This document shows, piece after piece, positions 1 through 8,809 of a stretch of 57,928 nt of DNA. The translations under genes and the position numbers were made by a program. Origin of the DNA: a virus (taxonomy: Duplodnaviria; Caudoviricetes); IMG/VR virus record IMGVR_UViG_3300045996_001284, positions 1 to 57,928 of that record; one strand, written 5' to 3'. The first letter of the stretch is position 1. The number at the start of each line of letters is the position of its first letter. The notes under the pieces were generated by a model. The model searched no databases and was not told where the DNA came from. It saw only the letters and a program-made list of their open reading frames with translations.

Positions 1-94
1 TGCCGGCAACCAGCAGCCCATTGAAGCCGGCCAAGCAGACGCCGTGAGCCGCAGTCGCTAGCCCAGCGATGGTGGACAAAGTTTCACTTAGCAT
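1..94 (-). CDS. Partial hydrophobic protein (MLSETLSTIAGLATAAHGVCLAGF...), runs off the window edge
   Basis: ATG at 94, frame open to position 1; read manually. Confidence 0.35.
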   Translation of the reverse strand, partial: MLSETLSTIAGLATAAHGVCLAGFNGLLVAG

Positions 95-348
95 AGTGAT
101 ATTCCGCACGGGCGTTTGCCCGAGACGAGCTTAGAAGCTGAGCGGCCATCGCATCCCTCAACACAGGGGTGTGTGGTAGGGCCGGGCGCGGAGGATCAGT
201 CCGCGTTCGGCCCGCTGCTTAATGATGGACGCTTACACGACTTTCCCGCGTTAGGCTAATGACACCGTGGGTCGCGGCTTGATAGAGCGCGATCGAGAGG
301 ATAAGGCCGCCAGCGCAGAGGATGGCGATGTCTCGGGCCATCGTGCGG

Positions 349-774
349 TCAGAGGCCAGGAGCGTGCGCCACGCCGTCGATCATTCTCGGCGCCTCGGCG
401 GAAACGCCTATCCGCGTGAAGGCCCTGCGACGAGCGCCGCTGTACGCCATCTCGTCAGGGTTCTCGGGCCTAGCGTCGGGGTCAACTTCCTGCGGTGCCG
501 CCGGAGCAGGAGTTGGCGGTCTCGCCACAGCTACCGTCCCGACCAGCCCGGCTAGGCGGTTGATGGCAGCGAAGGCTTCCGCAGTGGCGGCGGCGTTTGG
601 GTTCGACCCGTAGGTAAACCCCAGACCATCCGGCCCCTCAAAGGTGGCGCTCGTGTCGGTCAGGAACCGCTGGAACGAGACCTTGCACGCTCCCTGGCGC
701 AGGTCAGCGCAGTCGAGCTGGCCGGCAGCACAGCCGCCGAGAGCGAGCAGGAGGAGAGGGGCGAGGCGGATCAT
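349..774 (-). CDS. Predicted lipoprotein in the lysis region (possible spanin component)
   Basis: MIRLAPLLLLALGGC signal peptide with lipobox; GAGG RBS; start trimmed to ATG 774. Confidence 0.6.
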   Translation of the reverse strand: MIRLAPLLLLALGGCAAGQLDCADLRQGACKVSFQRFLTDTSATFEGPDGLGFTYGSNPNAAATAEAFAAINRLAGLVGTVAVARPPTPAPAAPQEVDPDARPENPDEMAYSGARRRAFTRIGVSAEAPRMIDGVAHAPGL

Positions 775-781
775 GCTGACC

Positions 782-1009
782 TCATGAAGGTGGTGGCGGC
801 GCAGCTTGCACGCCAACTCGCCAGTTCCACAGATACCACCAGGCGCTCTCGACCTTCGTCGGCCCATGCGCCAAGAGCAGCCCCGCATAGGTGAGAGCGA
901 TGAGAAGCCACCACAGGACCAGTCGGCCAGGACGGACGGACCGGACGCCAGCCCACCACGATGCCCGCCGCTCCGCCGTCGGCCTGCCCAGCAGGGTTTC
1001 CCTGTTCAT
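782..1009 (-). CDS. Small single-TM membrane protein
   Basis: MNRETLLG...LVLWWLLIALTYAGLLLAH; ATGA overlap with the upstream gene. Confidence 0.55.
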   Translation of the reverse strand: MNRETLLGRPTAERRASWWAGVRSVRPGRLVLWWLLIALTYAGLLLAHGPTKVESAWWYLWNWRVGVQAAPPPPS

Positions 1010-1284
1010 CGAGACCCGCTCTTCTCGATGCCGACGAAGAGGTCCCGAGCCTTGTCGTTCGCGCGGATCAGCTCGTCGAGCTTGGCCTGGATCGCCCGCT
1101 CCTGAGTGTTTTGCGAGCGCTGGATCAGGATCGCGACCAGCCATGTCAAAACCGAGATGAGCGCGATGAAGAAGTCGTAGGTGGCTGGAACAGACATGCC
1201 GATCGCGCACAGCACGACATTGGTGATGAAGAACCACGGGGCGCCGACCTGATCCGAACACCACTCCGCGAAACGGTCGAACAT
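1006..1284 (-). CDS. Low-affinity iron permease (Fet4-like) family small membrane protein
   Basis: FDRFAEW...GAPWFF...LIQRSQN...AIQAKLDELIRA matches the family pattern as I recognise it. Confidence 0.7.
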   Translation of the reverse strand: MFDRFAEWCSDQVGAPWFFITNVVLCAIGMSVPATYDFFIALISVLTWLVAILIQRSQNTQERAIQAKLDELIRANDKARDLFVGIEKSGSR

Positions 1285-1565
1285 CAGAGCGGCTGCCCAT
1301 ACTCACACCGCCACCGCCTCAGCGTGGCACCCGGCGCGTGCTTCGCGATCCACGCCTGAGCTAGAGGCGTCGCCCCCATGGCGCAGGCATAGACCCCTCC
1401 CTCAATCGGCAGCTCCACGATCTGGCAGGCTGAGCCCGTGCAGATCACCATAGTGAGCCAGACGGAAATCATGCCCGCCGCCTGAACGGGAGGAGGGACG
1501 CGCTCTTTTTCGCGGGCGGGAACATCGCCTCCCAGTAGGCCAGCCAGCCTATCCAGCAGGCGCAC
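1284..1565 (-). CDS. Hypothetical protein
   Basis: ORF coupled to neighbour; Cys-containing C-terminus. Confidence 0.5.
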   Translation of the reverse strand: MRLLDRLAGLLGGDVPAREKERVPPPVQAAGMISVWLTMVICTGSACQIVELPIEGGVYACAMGATPLAQAWIAKHAPGATLRRWRCEYGQPL

Positions 1566-1604
1566 CAGTGCCGGACCATGAAGCGGGGGATGTTCTCGGC
1601 CACG

Positions 1605-1805
1605 CTAGCCGACCCTAACCATGCCGCCGGAGAGCAGGCCGAGCGCGCCCAGAAGCCACAGCACAAAGAGGCAGACCACGAGCACGTACAGCACCGTGAC
1701 GACCGGCGCCGGCAGGCCGATGGTTGGGGCCAACGTGCGGAGCGCCCATAAGGCCAGCGCGAGGAGGAGGACAGCGACAATGATGCTCACGATGGGTAAA
1801 GTCAT
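1605..1805 (-). CDS. Two-TM membrane protein, holin candidate
   Basis: MTLPIVSIIVAVLLLALALWALR...VLYVLVVCLFVLWLLGALGLL; downstream of the endolysin; GAGG RBS. Confidence 0.6.
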   Translation of the reverse strand: MTLPIVSIIVAVLLLALALWALRTLAPTIGLPAPVVTVLYVLVVCLFVLWLLGALGLLSGGMVRVG

Positions 1806-1826
1806 AGCTGCCTCGCTAAGGAGAGT

Positions 1827-2066
1827 GTGTTGAACAAGCTGCCGCCGCTGAACCACATGGACGACGCCCTGCGCGACGCGGAAATCGTCCTCTTCCTGAA
1901 AACAGGCGAAACGGTGGCTGCCGAATGGGTCGAGCACTGGACCGCCTGGAGCCCGCAGGGTGGCCCCACCGACCGAGAGATGGGTATGGGCTACCAGTAC
2001 GACCGTCGCATCAAGCCCGACCAAGTGCTGGGCTGGTGGCCTATGCCGGAAGTTTCCCTAGCCTGA
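1827..2066 (+). CDS. Small antisense hypothetical protein (DUF551-like WWPMPE end)
   Basis: AGGAG RBS; C-terminal LGWWPMPE. Confidence 0.5.
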   Translation: MLNKLPPLNHMDDALRDAEIVLFLKTGETVAAEWVEHWTAWSPQGGPTDREMGMGYQYDRRIKPDQVLGWWPMPEVSLA

Positions 2067-2517
2067 GCATCTCCGCGTTCCTGACCGCGCGGGCCGGTGC
2101 CTGCTTGGCGTAGAGGCTGTCGAGCAGTTCCTCGGCGGCGGCGTCCCATGCCGAACATGCGAGAGCATCCCGCATGCGGACGAAGCCCCCCAGGCCAGTG
2201 GGACCAAGATTGTGAGCTAGATCGAGAATGACGACACGTCTAATGTCGTTCAGTTCCTGCCAGAGGGACTCGCCAAGATAGACTCTTGCAGCCTCTTCCG
2301 CGCCAGCAAGGTCATTGAGGAATAGGTAGTCTGCCTCGACCTTGGAGATGCCCTTCACATCTAACGCACGACCATACCCGACGGTCACATGGCCTTTGAT
2401 CTTGGAGCCGGAGACCACTGGCTTGCCGGTCCCGCAGTCATAACAAAAAAGTCTAAGCCCTTCATTTTCACGAATGAGCTTGGTCGCAAGAGCGATGAGG
2501 CTGCTCAAGTTCGTCAT
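2041..2517 (-). CDS. Endolysin, T4-lysozyme-like (GH24)
   Basis: ENEGLRL..YD...TVGYGR and WDAAAEELLDSLYAKQAPARA. Confidence 0.88.
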   Translation of the reverse strand: MTNLSSLIALATKLIRENEGLRLFCYDCGTGKPVVSGSKIKGHVTVGYGRALDVKGISKVEADYLFLNDLAGAEEAARVYLGESLWQELNDIRRVVILDLAHNLGPTGLGGFVRMRDALACSAWDAAAEELLDSLYAKQAPARAVRNAEMLRLGKLPA

Positions 2518-3097
2518 CCCTCAGATGTCTCCAGGCCAAGCCCCGTCTGATCGCGCTAACGTGCGAGAGGGACAACCCAAAGCGCCTAGCAGCAGCGCTG
2601 TGCGAGCCCTGGAAAGATCGTATCTCTCGGATCGTTGGTTCGGTTAGCTTGGCGCAACCGTGGCTCTCACCGTGGCTGTGCCGGCCCTTCCGGATTTTGT
2701 CGTCCATATTGTCTTTGGGAGTTCCAACGAAGAGATGCTCCGGCTTACAGCAAGATGGATTATCGCAGTGATGGCAGACTAGGAGGTCATCCGAAACTGG
2801 CCCGTACCGGTGCTGGTAAAACAGCCGATGCGTCTGCCAAATCTTCGCTGACCCACGCGGTCCTATCGAAATATGGCCGTAGCCCCTAACGCAAGCCCCC
2901 TGCCACTCCCAGCAACCAGTCACTCTATTTAGACGAAGTTGACGGAGTATCTTTCGATGTAACGGCGCGCTCCGAGATGCAGCCGATATGCTCGTACTGC
3001 CATGGCGCCATCGCCTCTTGTAGTGCGTGCCGCAGAGTCCCGTTGATTTCACGGACTTGCCGCACCCCTCAACCGAGCATAGGCTGCTCTCGGCCAT
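2468..3097 (-). CDS. Free-standing HNH homing endonuclease
   Basis: CSVEGC...LCGTHY, CWEWQG, VCHHCDNPSCCKPEHLFVGTPKDNMDD, C-terminal HTH. Confidence 0.9.
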   Translation of the reverse strand: MAESSLCSVEGCGKSVKSTGLCGTHYKRRWRHGSTSISAASRSAPLHRKILRQLRLNRVTGCWEWQGACVRGYGHISIGPRGSAKIWQTHRLFYQHRYGPVSDDLLVCHHCDNPSCCKPEHLFVGTPKDNMDDKIRKGRHSHGESHGCAKLTEPTIREIRSFQGSHSAAARRFGLSLSHVSAIRRGLAWRHLRDDELEQPHRSCDQAHS

Positions 3098-3168
3098 CTC
3101 GCTGTCTCCTCAGCGGTGTGGTCAGGGCTGGGCCGAGGTCGCCACCTCGTCTCAGCCCGCTTAGTCTA

Positions 3169-3555
3169 TCACTTCCGCAACCCGCCGAACAACCGCACTG
3201 CCGCCCAGTAGACCGAGCCAACCGCCGGCCATAGCGGCTTCAGCCAGGCATCCTCTACCTCGGCCACCGAGCAGATGCATTCGCGCAGGTCGTCGTCCGC
3301 CTTCTTCCGCTCGGCCTCGGTTTCCATGAAATGATAATCCATATCGTGGACCCGGCAGCAAGGCCGGACGATCTCCGGCGCCATGGTGCAGCCGTCCCAG
3401 TCGTCCACCTTGTACGGCTTGATCCACGGCTTGGCTGCGTGCCGTCGGTTGGCTTCGTCCTGAGCCCACGCCCGGAATGCCGCCTCATAAGAGGCGCTCG
3501 ACGCAGCATCCCGCATCGCCTTGCGGAAGGCGCGGAAGCGCTGGATGGCGGTCAT
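3169..3555 (-). CDS. Phospholipase A2-like protein
   Basis: DGCTMAP...PCCRVHDMDY...ERKKADDDLRECI (C-x-x-HD-x-x-Y and AD motifs). Confidence 0.6.
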   Translation of the reverse strand: MTAIQRFRAFRKAMRDAASSASYEAAFRAWAQDEANRRHAAKPWIKPYKVDDWDGCTMAPEIVRPCCRVHDMDYHFMETEAERKKADDDLRECICSVAEVEDAWLKPLWPAVGSVYWAAVRLFGGLRK

Positions 3556-4280
3556 GGGGTGAAGGGCTTCTCGCGAAGCCACGCCTCATCAATGGGGCCG
3601 AGCAGGTCGAGGTAGGGCTGCTGCTTCTTGGGCATATGGCGCTTCATGGTCCGATGAAACTGCCGCCAGTTGCCCTGAAACCTGCCCTCGTTCCACGTCC
3701 GTACGAGGGTGACGGTCATCAGGCCACCGGCACGGGTGTCCGCCGATGTAGCAGTATCCTCGCAACCACTCAGGGTGATGACGTTCGCCTGGATGGCCTT
3801 ACCGCGGTCCCGGTCCATGTGACGCAGCGCGTTCTGCACTGCCGTGCGGTCGCGACCCATCGTGGCACTGTGACAAGCATCGCACGTGAAGATCACCCGG
3901 ACGCCGGGCCTGAAACCGGCAAAACACTGGTTGATCTCGTCGTCGAGAAAGGTCGATCCCCATAGGCAGATAGCCTCGTCCAGCCCGTCCGGCTCGGGGT
4001 CGGAGCCGACTGCCGGGAGCTGGACACCATGCCCACTGAAACAGAGCATAAACGTGTCGCCGGACTGCATCCTGGCCGCCTGCTCTTCCAGCACGACCTT
4101 CAGCGCAGCGCCCGTCGCCTCTGCATCGCGGAAGGATTGCAGCACCTCGAAACCGGCGTCGCCCGCCAGCTTCATCATCAGGTCGCTGTCCTTCCAACAG
4201 CCGGACAGGCGACCATCCCAGCCATCATAGGCGACGGGATCGAGGGAGTTGAGGGCGAAGCTCGCCATGCGTGCGGTCAT
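3552..4280 (-). CDS. Metacaspase (peptidase C14)
   Basis: LSGCWKD, FSGHG, EPDGLDEAIC, DACHS catalytic His/Cys motifs. Confidence 0.88.
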   Translation of the reverse strand: MTARMASFALNSLDPVAYDGWDGRLSGCWKDSDLMMKLAGDAGFEVLQSFRDAEATGAALKVVLEEQAARMQSGDTFMLCFSGHGVQLPAVGSDPEPDGLDEAICLWGSTFLDDEINQCFAGFRPGVRVIFTCDACHSATMGRDRTAVQNALRHMDRDRGKAIQANVITLSGCEDTATSADTRAGGLMTVTLVRTWNEGRFQGNWRQFHRTMKRHMPKKQQPYLDLLGPIDEAWLREKPFTP

Positions 4281-4828
4281 CGGTCGTCCCGTCGATATGC
4301 GGCCCTGAGTTCTGAGACATCGTAAGGCAACATCCGATCCGGATACTCTTCCCGGTCTGGCCAGTCGGTCGCCATGACGCTGATGTCGATGGAGTTCGCG
4401 GCATCCTCGGCGTGCAAGAGGCCCATCGCGTGGCCGACTTCGTGGAGGCCGTGGCAATAGACCCGTGTTCCGGGCGACCAATCCATATCCGCAAGCTTCG
4501 GATGGTGGAACACAGCCCCGCTCCGGTGCTGCCGCTTACCCGGTGAAAAACCGTACCCCCATCGCGCCACCACGCCCGACATGGCCACCCTGATCTGCGC
4601 GTCCTCCGGCTCGACCTCCTCGAACCGCAGCCCGATCTGGTCGCCTATGGTGGCGAGGATGAGCCGGTGCGCGTCCGCCACCCGCGCGGGCGCCGGCTCC
4701 CAGGAGTAGGTGAAGGGGCGGTCGTAGCCGTCGGCCCGCAGGTCGCCGCGCCACTCGAAGTCATCGGCTGGGAAGCCGAAGCGGATGACGCGACCGGGCC
4801 AGCGGCTGCCCGAGAAGAACTGACCCAT
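4277..4828 (-). CDS. Metzincin zinc metalloprotease (M10 matrixin/serralysin-like)
   Basis: HEVGHAMGLLH plus Met-turn SVMA and downstream YDV..LRAAY. Confidence 0.85.
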   Translation of the reverse strand: MGQFFSGSRWPGRVIRFGFPADDFEWRGDLRADGYDRPFTYSWEPAPARVADAHRLILATIGDQIGLRFEEVEPEDAQIRVAMSGVVARWGYGFSPGKRQHRSGAVFHHPKLADMDWSPGTRVYCHGLHEVGHAMGLLHAEDAANSIDISVMATDWPDREEYPDRMLPYDVSELRAAYRRDDR

Positions 4829-4862
4829 TGCGATCCTGCGGCTGGTGGTGGATAGAGAGGGC

Positions 4863-4984
4863 AGCGCGCTCGCTGTGTGGTAGCACCACATCCGGACAAG
4901 AGCGCTTCGCCAAGATCGGGTAGCCGGAAGCTGAGATGTCTCCGGTCCGCGACGGTTGCCGGTATAGGCCCGGCCGAGCGCGCT
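4863..4984 (+). ncRNA. tRNA-like RNA with expanded anticodon domain (copy 1)
   Basis: 10-bp closing stem AGCGCGCTCG/CGAGCGCGCT; D-like hairpin GTGTGG-TAGCA-CCACAT; CCGGA/TCCGG stem enclosing 44 nt; variable hairpin; T-like arm GCCGG-TATAGGC-CCGGC. Confidence 0.55.
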
Positions 4985-6182
4985 ACTCTCCCCGCAGTGC
5001 GATGCCACCAGCCTTCGCCGCGCCCTCGTAGCACTCCGCGAACCACAGGCCCGTCTCCATCTCCCGACCGCGGTCATCGACCGACGCCCTAGCCCACGAC
5101 TCCTCGGTCTTGGCGCGGATGCGCTGAAGCTGAGCCTTCACAGCCTGCTGCATCCGGAAGGCGCTGAGGTCAGGGCGCGGCACCGGCTGGTCGCGGCGCA
5201 GGCGGACCGCCTGGATGACCTTTACGTCCTCATCGCTCATGCCAGGGTCAACGATGCAGTCGGTCGCCGGAAACTTCTTCTGCTTGTCGTTGAAGGCGAA
5301 CCCAACCGTCACCGACTTAACGCGCGCGACGCTCACCTGATACGAACACTGCATATTGTGTCCGCCCTGAGGCTCATGCACCGCACCGTCCGTGCCGCCT
5401 GACCCTGGCTCCCAGCTCCCGAGCTTTCCGAACAAATTGCCGGAATACAGTATAACCCGACAGTCAGGGCAATCGCTGATGAGGTGAGGACCGCAGCGAG
5501 TGGTGACGTTCCAGCACTCAGGGCAGTTATAGACGAGGCTGCCGACACCGTGCCGTATGCGGACGGTGAACTTTCCGGTGCAGCCGATGATCGCGACGTG
5601 CGACGACTTGATCTCGAAGTCGTCGCTCAGCGTGTTGTTGCGAAAGTCCACGCCAGAGAACAGCAGTCCATAGTCGTCGTCGCTGGTCTGCCAGTTCTCG
5701 CCGGGGTAAAAGGCCATGGTGCCGTGCTCGCCGCCGCCACCACCTGTCGGCTTGCGCAGCTCGCTGACCTCACAGTCGTAGAAGATTGCCCCGTCGCCCT
5801 GCGGTCCCTTGAGAACGCAGCGCTCGGCGTCCGTGAACTTGGTCCGCCGGATGAGGACGTTCTTTTTTCCCCGCAGGCTCATGAACGGGTTGCCATTACC
5901 GCCAGTGCCGCCGCGGAAGACCTGATCCTCGATAACGTTGTTCCAGTCCGGCGGCGGTGGAAGCGGGTCAGGATGCGGGCCGGGAATGACCGGAGGTGGT
6001 GACGGGTCGGTATCAGAGGGCGGGACCGTGGCGACCTTTTTCACGGTCAGGTTGACCCGAACGTCGTACCTTCCCGGCTTCGCCGGGGCCTGCCCGGCTG
6101 GGATAGGCTCTCCAGGCTTGCACTTTCCAGCGCGGTTGATGCGCTTGACCGCGGCACGGTCCGTCGCCCTCTCGGCCGACAT
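4983..6182 (-). CDS. Right-handed beta-helix protein, PL6-like polysaccharide lyase candidate
   Basis: Pro-rich linker, then beta-helix repeats; DFEIKSS...RIRHG motif; AAGGAG RBS. Confidence 0.6.
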   Translation of the reverse strand: MSAERATDRAAVKRINRAGKCKPGEPIPAGQAPAKPGRYDVRVNLTVKKVATVPPSDTDPSPPPVIPGPHPDPLPPPPDWNNVIEDQVFRGGTGGNGNPFMSLRGKKNVLIRRTKFTDAERCVLKGPQGDGAIFYDCEVSELRKPTGGGGGEHGTMAFYPGENWQTSDDDYGLLFSGVDFRNNTLSDDFEIKSSHVAIIGCTGKFTVRIRHGVGSLVYNCPECWNVTTRCGPHLISDCPDCRVILYSGNLFGKLGSWEPGSGGTDGAVHEPQGGHNMQCSYQVSVARVKSVTVGFAFNDKQKKFPATDCIVDPGMSDEDVKVIQAVRLRRDQPVPRPDLSAFRMQQAVKAQLQRIRAKTEESWARASVDDRGREMETGLWFAECYEGAAKAGGIALRGE

Positions 6183-6276
6183 GACGTTCTCCTTTAATGA
6201 GTGGTTAGTGCGATTGGTCACTGCCGGACGCACCGACCGGCCCTACGTTCCCCTGCCTCAGAAGGAGGGGAATGCG

Positions 6277-6945
6277 ATGCGAATGATTGCTCTTGCCGCC
6301 ATGCTCGCGGCCATGCCGACGTTTGCAGAGGCAGCCAAGCTCTCGCTCGGGCAAGGCATAAACGACGACCTGCCCACAGTGGGTGCCATGGACCGGCACA
6401 CGGTCTACCTGCGCAAGGGGAGTGACTACGCCATCGAGTACCTGGCCGGCGACAGTGCCAAGACGGTCTGGACCATGCGCTCGCCGTCAGGCTCTGTGCT
6501 GAAAAGCTGGGAGGCCAGCAGCGCCAAGAGCTACGGGTTCGAGTTCCGCGCAGCGGTCACCGGCACCTATCGCATCGAGGGGCGAGCGGTGGAAGCGGGC
6601 ACGTCCTACCTGTTGCGCGCCGCCAAGGACTGCCGAAACAAGCTGCCGACCGGATGTTTCCTCAACGTCGGCGCCACCCAGAGCCGGCGAGCCGATTATG
6701 GCCATGACCTCGACTATATACGTCTAGCCGGGCTCACGGCAGGGAAGCTCTACACGGTGACCATGGCGACCGACGGTGGAGCGGCGACCCCCACTTTTCA
6801 GCTCGTTGACGCGCGGGGCACCGTGTTCTCTGAGGGCGATAACGCCACGTTCCGGCTGTACACGACGGTGCTGTTTCTGCGCTTCCGGCAGGACAACGAC
6901 CGCGGCGGCGGACCCTACAAGGTGACTTTGAAAAGTCAGCCTTGA
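6277..6945 (+). CDS. Secreted beta-sandwich (PPC-like) protein, antisense moron
   Basis: Signal peptide MRMIALAAMLAAMPTFAEA; GGAGG RBS; two beta-rich repeats. Confidence 0.7.
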   Translation: MRMIALAAMLAAMPTFAEAAKLSLGQGINDDLPTVGAMDRHTVYLRKGSDYAIEYLAGDSAKTVWTMRSPSGSVLKSWEASSAKSYGFEFRAAVTGTYRIEGRAVEAGTSYLLRAAKDCRNKLPTGCFLNVGATQSRRADYGHDLDYIRLAGLTAGKLYTVTMATDGGAATPTFQLVDARGTVFSEGDNATFRLYTTVLFLRFRQDNDRGGGPYKVTLKSQP

Positions 6946-7301
6946 TACCAGCCCGGCGACACGAAGACCGAAATAGTTGTGCTGGTCCCCGAAATCATCG
7001 CCATCGCCGCGGCTTTGTTGTTCGTCCCGGCGGCAGGAGCGGCATTCACCCCTTGCCCAGAAGCATTGGTTGTCAGGGTCATCCCGCGCCCGATCGCCCC
7101 TGACACCTCCAAGTTGCACTCACCGAGCACGCACACATCAACCGCGGCAGCGTCAACAGCGTCGTCAGGACCGATGTAGACGCCAAGTATTCGGTCAGTG
7201 ACCGCGCTGGATTGAATGACCTGGGTGTCGCTGGAGCCAAACTTCACCAGCCGATTCTTCGTGATGGCTCCCTCGGCGACCATTCGCTTAACCCACAGCA
7301 T
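6936..7301 (-). CDS. Capsid cement/decoration-like protein (DUF2190-like), second copy
   Basis: AEGAITKNRLVKFG...ILGV...VDVCVLG...GAIGRG..LTTNASGQGV. Confidence 0.65.
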   Translation of the reverse strand: MLWVKRMVAEGAITKNRLVKFGSSDTQVIQSSAVTDRILGVYIGPDDAVDAAAVDVCVLGECNLEVSGAIGRGMTLTTNASGQGVNAAPAAGTNNKAAAMAMISGTSTTISVFVSPGWYQG

Positions 7302-8809
7302 TACGACGCCCTCCTGTACCCGTTCAGCATCGGGTAGCTCGCGCCGGTAGAGATTTTTACGGCCTTGCCGGTCCGGTCAGTGCAGTTGGTCGCAGAAAAC
7401 GAACTGCCGTAGTTAAACCAGATGCTTTCGCCAGATACCGCGCCGTAAAGGTCCACCCCGCGGAAATGCACGTTAGTAGGCGGGCCAGTGGTGGAGCTTC
7501 CGACACTCGCCAGACGGCTCTTGGTCGCCCCGGATATGCCCAACGAACCGCCCTCAAAGACAATATCCGCGTAGGGATAGCCGGTATAGGTCTCGCTTGG
7601 AATAGTGACAACTTCCTGATTCTGCGTCCCACCATGTCGGAAGTTGCAGTTTCGTACGCGGACCTGGTAGCCCTTGATTTGGGCAAGGCCCAGCGCCGCG
7701 ACAAACCGCTCATCCAGAAAGCAGTCGATGTCATCCATTTGGATGTGGCAGGCTTGCTCCCCGATGTGGATCGGAAAGTTCTGCGTCTCGCCAGTCTGCA
7801 AAGTGGTAAGGCCATTAAAGCTGGCTTTGAAGTTACGCATCACCACATCAAAGCTATTGCACGATGGCTCAATAAGTCGTCCAGAATACTGCCCAAACCA
7901 GTTCTCGGCTACCACATGCGTCATCGTCGCGCCGACGAATCCATGATGGATGTCGAGCATGTGGATGTTGCGGAAGATGCTGTTATAGGCACATGCCTTT
8001 GACGAAAGCACCGCACGGCCCTTAAAGCCCATGTTCTCAATCACTACGTTTTCCACCGGAGTGATCGGCTGGCTCAAGTTGGTGCCTGCCATCTTGAAAA
8101 TCTTGGCGCCGCTGGCGATGGATCGAACGATATTGTCTGCCAGCCTGATCTGCCCCGATCCTGGGAGGGCCTGAACCTTGGTCTGCTGACCGTGGCTTCT
8201 CACGCCACTGACGTTGGCGGTGGTGCCGACATAGACCAGCTCGCCAACTGAAAAGTTGGCGGCCTCGCCCGAGGTCGTGCATGTAACGAGATTGGTCGGC
8301 GCAGTAATGGCGTTAAGCGCGTAGTCATCCAGGCTATCATAAAGAAGAGGGTGCATCAGACCAACCGACAAACATGCGTCCAAGTCAATCGTGGCGTTGG
8401 TCTTGTCATTGAACAGAACTGAAGAGGCGCCATCGCCGTACAGGTGCGTGTTTGAAAGGATGGGAAGCCACTGTTTGTAGAGGTAGATGCCCTCCGGCAG
8501 ATACATTGATCGGCAGACCAGGGCTGCATCAAGCAGTTTGGAGGTATTGTCGGCCGACCCGTCGCCGACCAAGCCGAACCGACGCTTGAGGTTGACGTTT
8601 TCGTCCTCTAGCCAGTCTTCGAGTGACCGAACAACGGCAGGGGCGGCTGGCAGGCCGAAGCTTACCGCTGCGCTGAGGTCGTCTAAGACATAGCTCTTAA
8701 TCTGGTCGGAGCTTGCCCGCCGGCTCGCTGCGCTCTGCGCGCACGGGAATGCCTCTGTGCCGTCGAGCGTTGAAGCCGCGGTCAGAGCCGAGGTTTTCGT
8801 ATTAGCCAT
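7301..8809 (-). CDS. Tailspike / pectin-lyase-like beta-helix
   Basis: MANTKTSAL N-terminus; VNLKRRFGLVGDGSADNT..L, MYLPEGIY, LYGDG. Confidence 0.8.
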   Translation of the reverse strand: MANTKTSALTAASTLDGTEAFPCAQSAASRRASSDQIKSYVLDDLSAAVSFGLPAAPAVVRSLEDWLEDENVNLKRRFGLVGDGSADNTSKLLDAALVCRSMYLPEGIYLYKQWLPILSNTHLYGDGASSVLFNDKTNATIDLDACLSVGLMHPLLYDSLDDYALNAITAPTNLVTCTTSGEAANFSVGELVYVGTTANVSGVRSHGQQTKVQALPGSGQIRLADNIVRSIASGAKIFKMAGTNLSQPITPVENVVIENMGFKGRAVLSSKACAYNSIFRNIHMLDIHHGFVGATMTHVVAENWFGQYSGRLIEPSCNSFDVVMRNFKASFNGLTTLQTGETQNFPIHIGEQACHIQMDDIDCFLDERFVAALGLAQIKGYQVRVRNCNFRHGGTQNQEVVTIPSETYTGYPYADIVFEGGSLGISGATKSRLASVGSSTTGPPTNVHFRGVDLYGAVSGESIWFNYGSSFSATNCTDRTGKAVKISTGASYPMLNGYRRAS

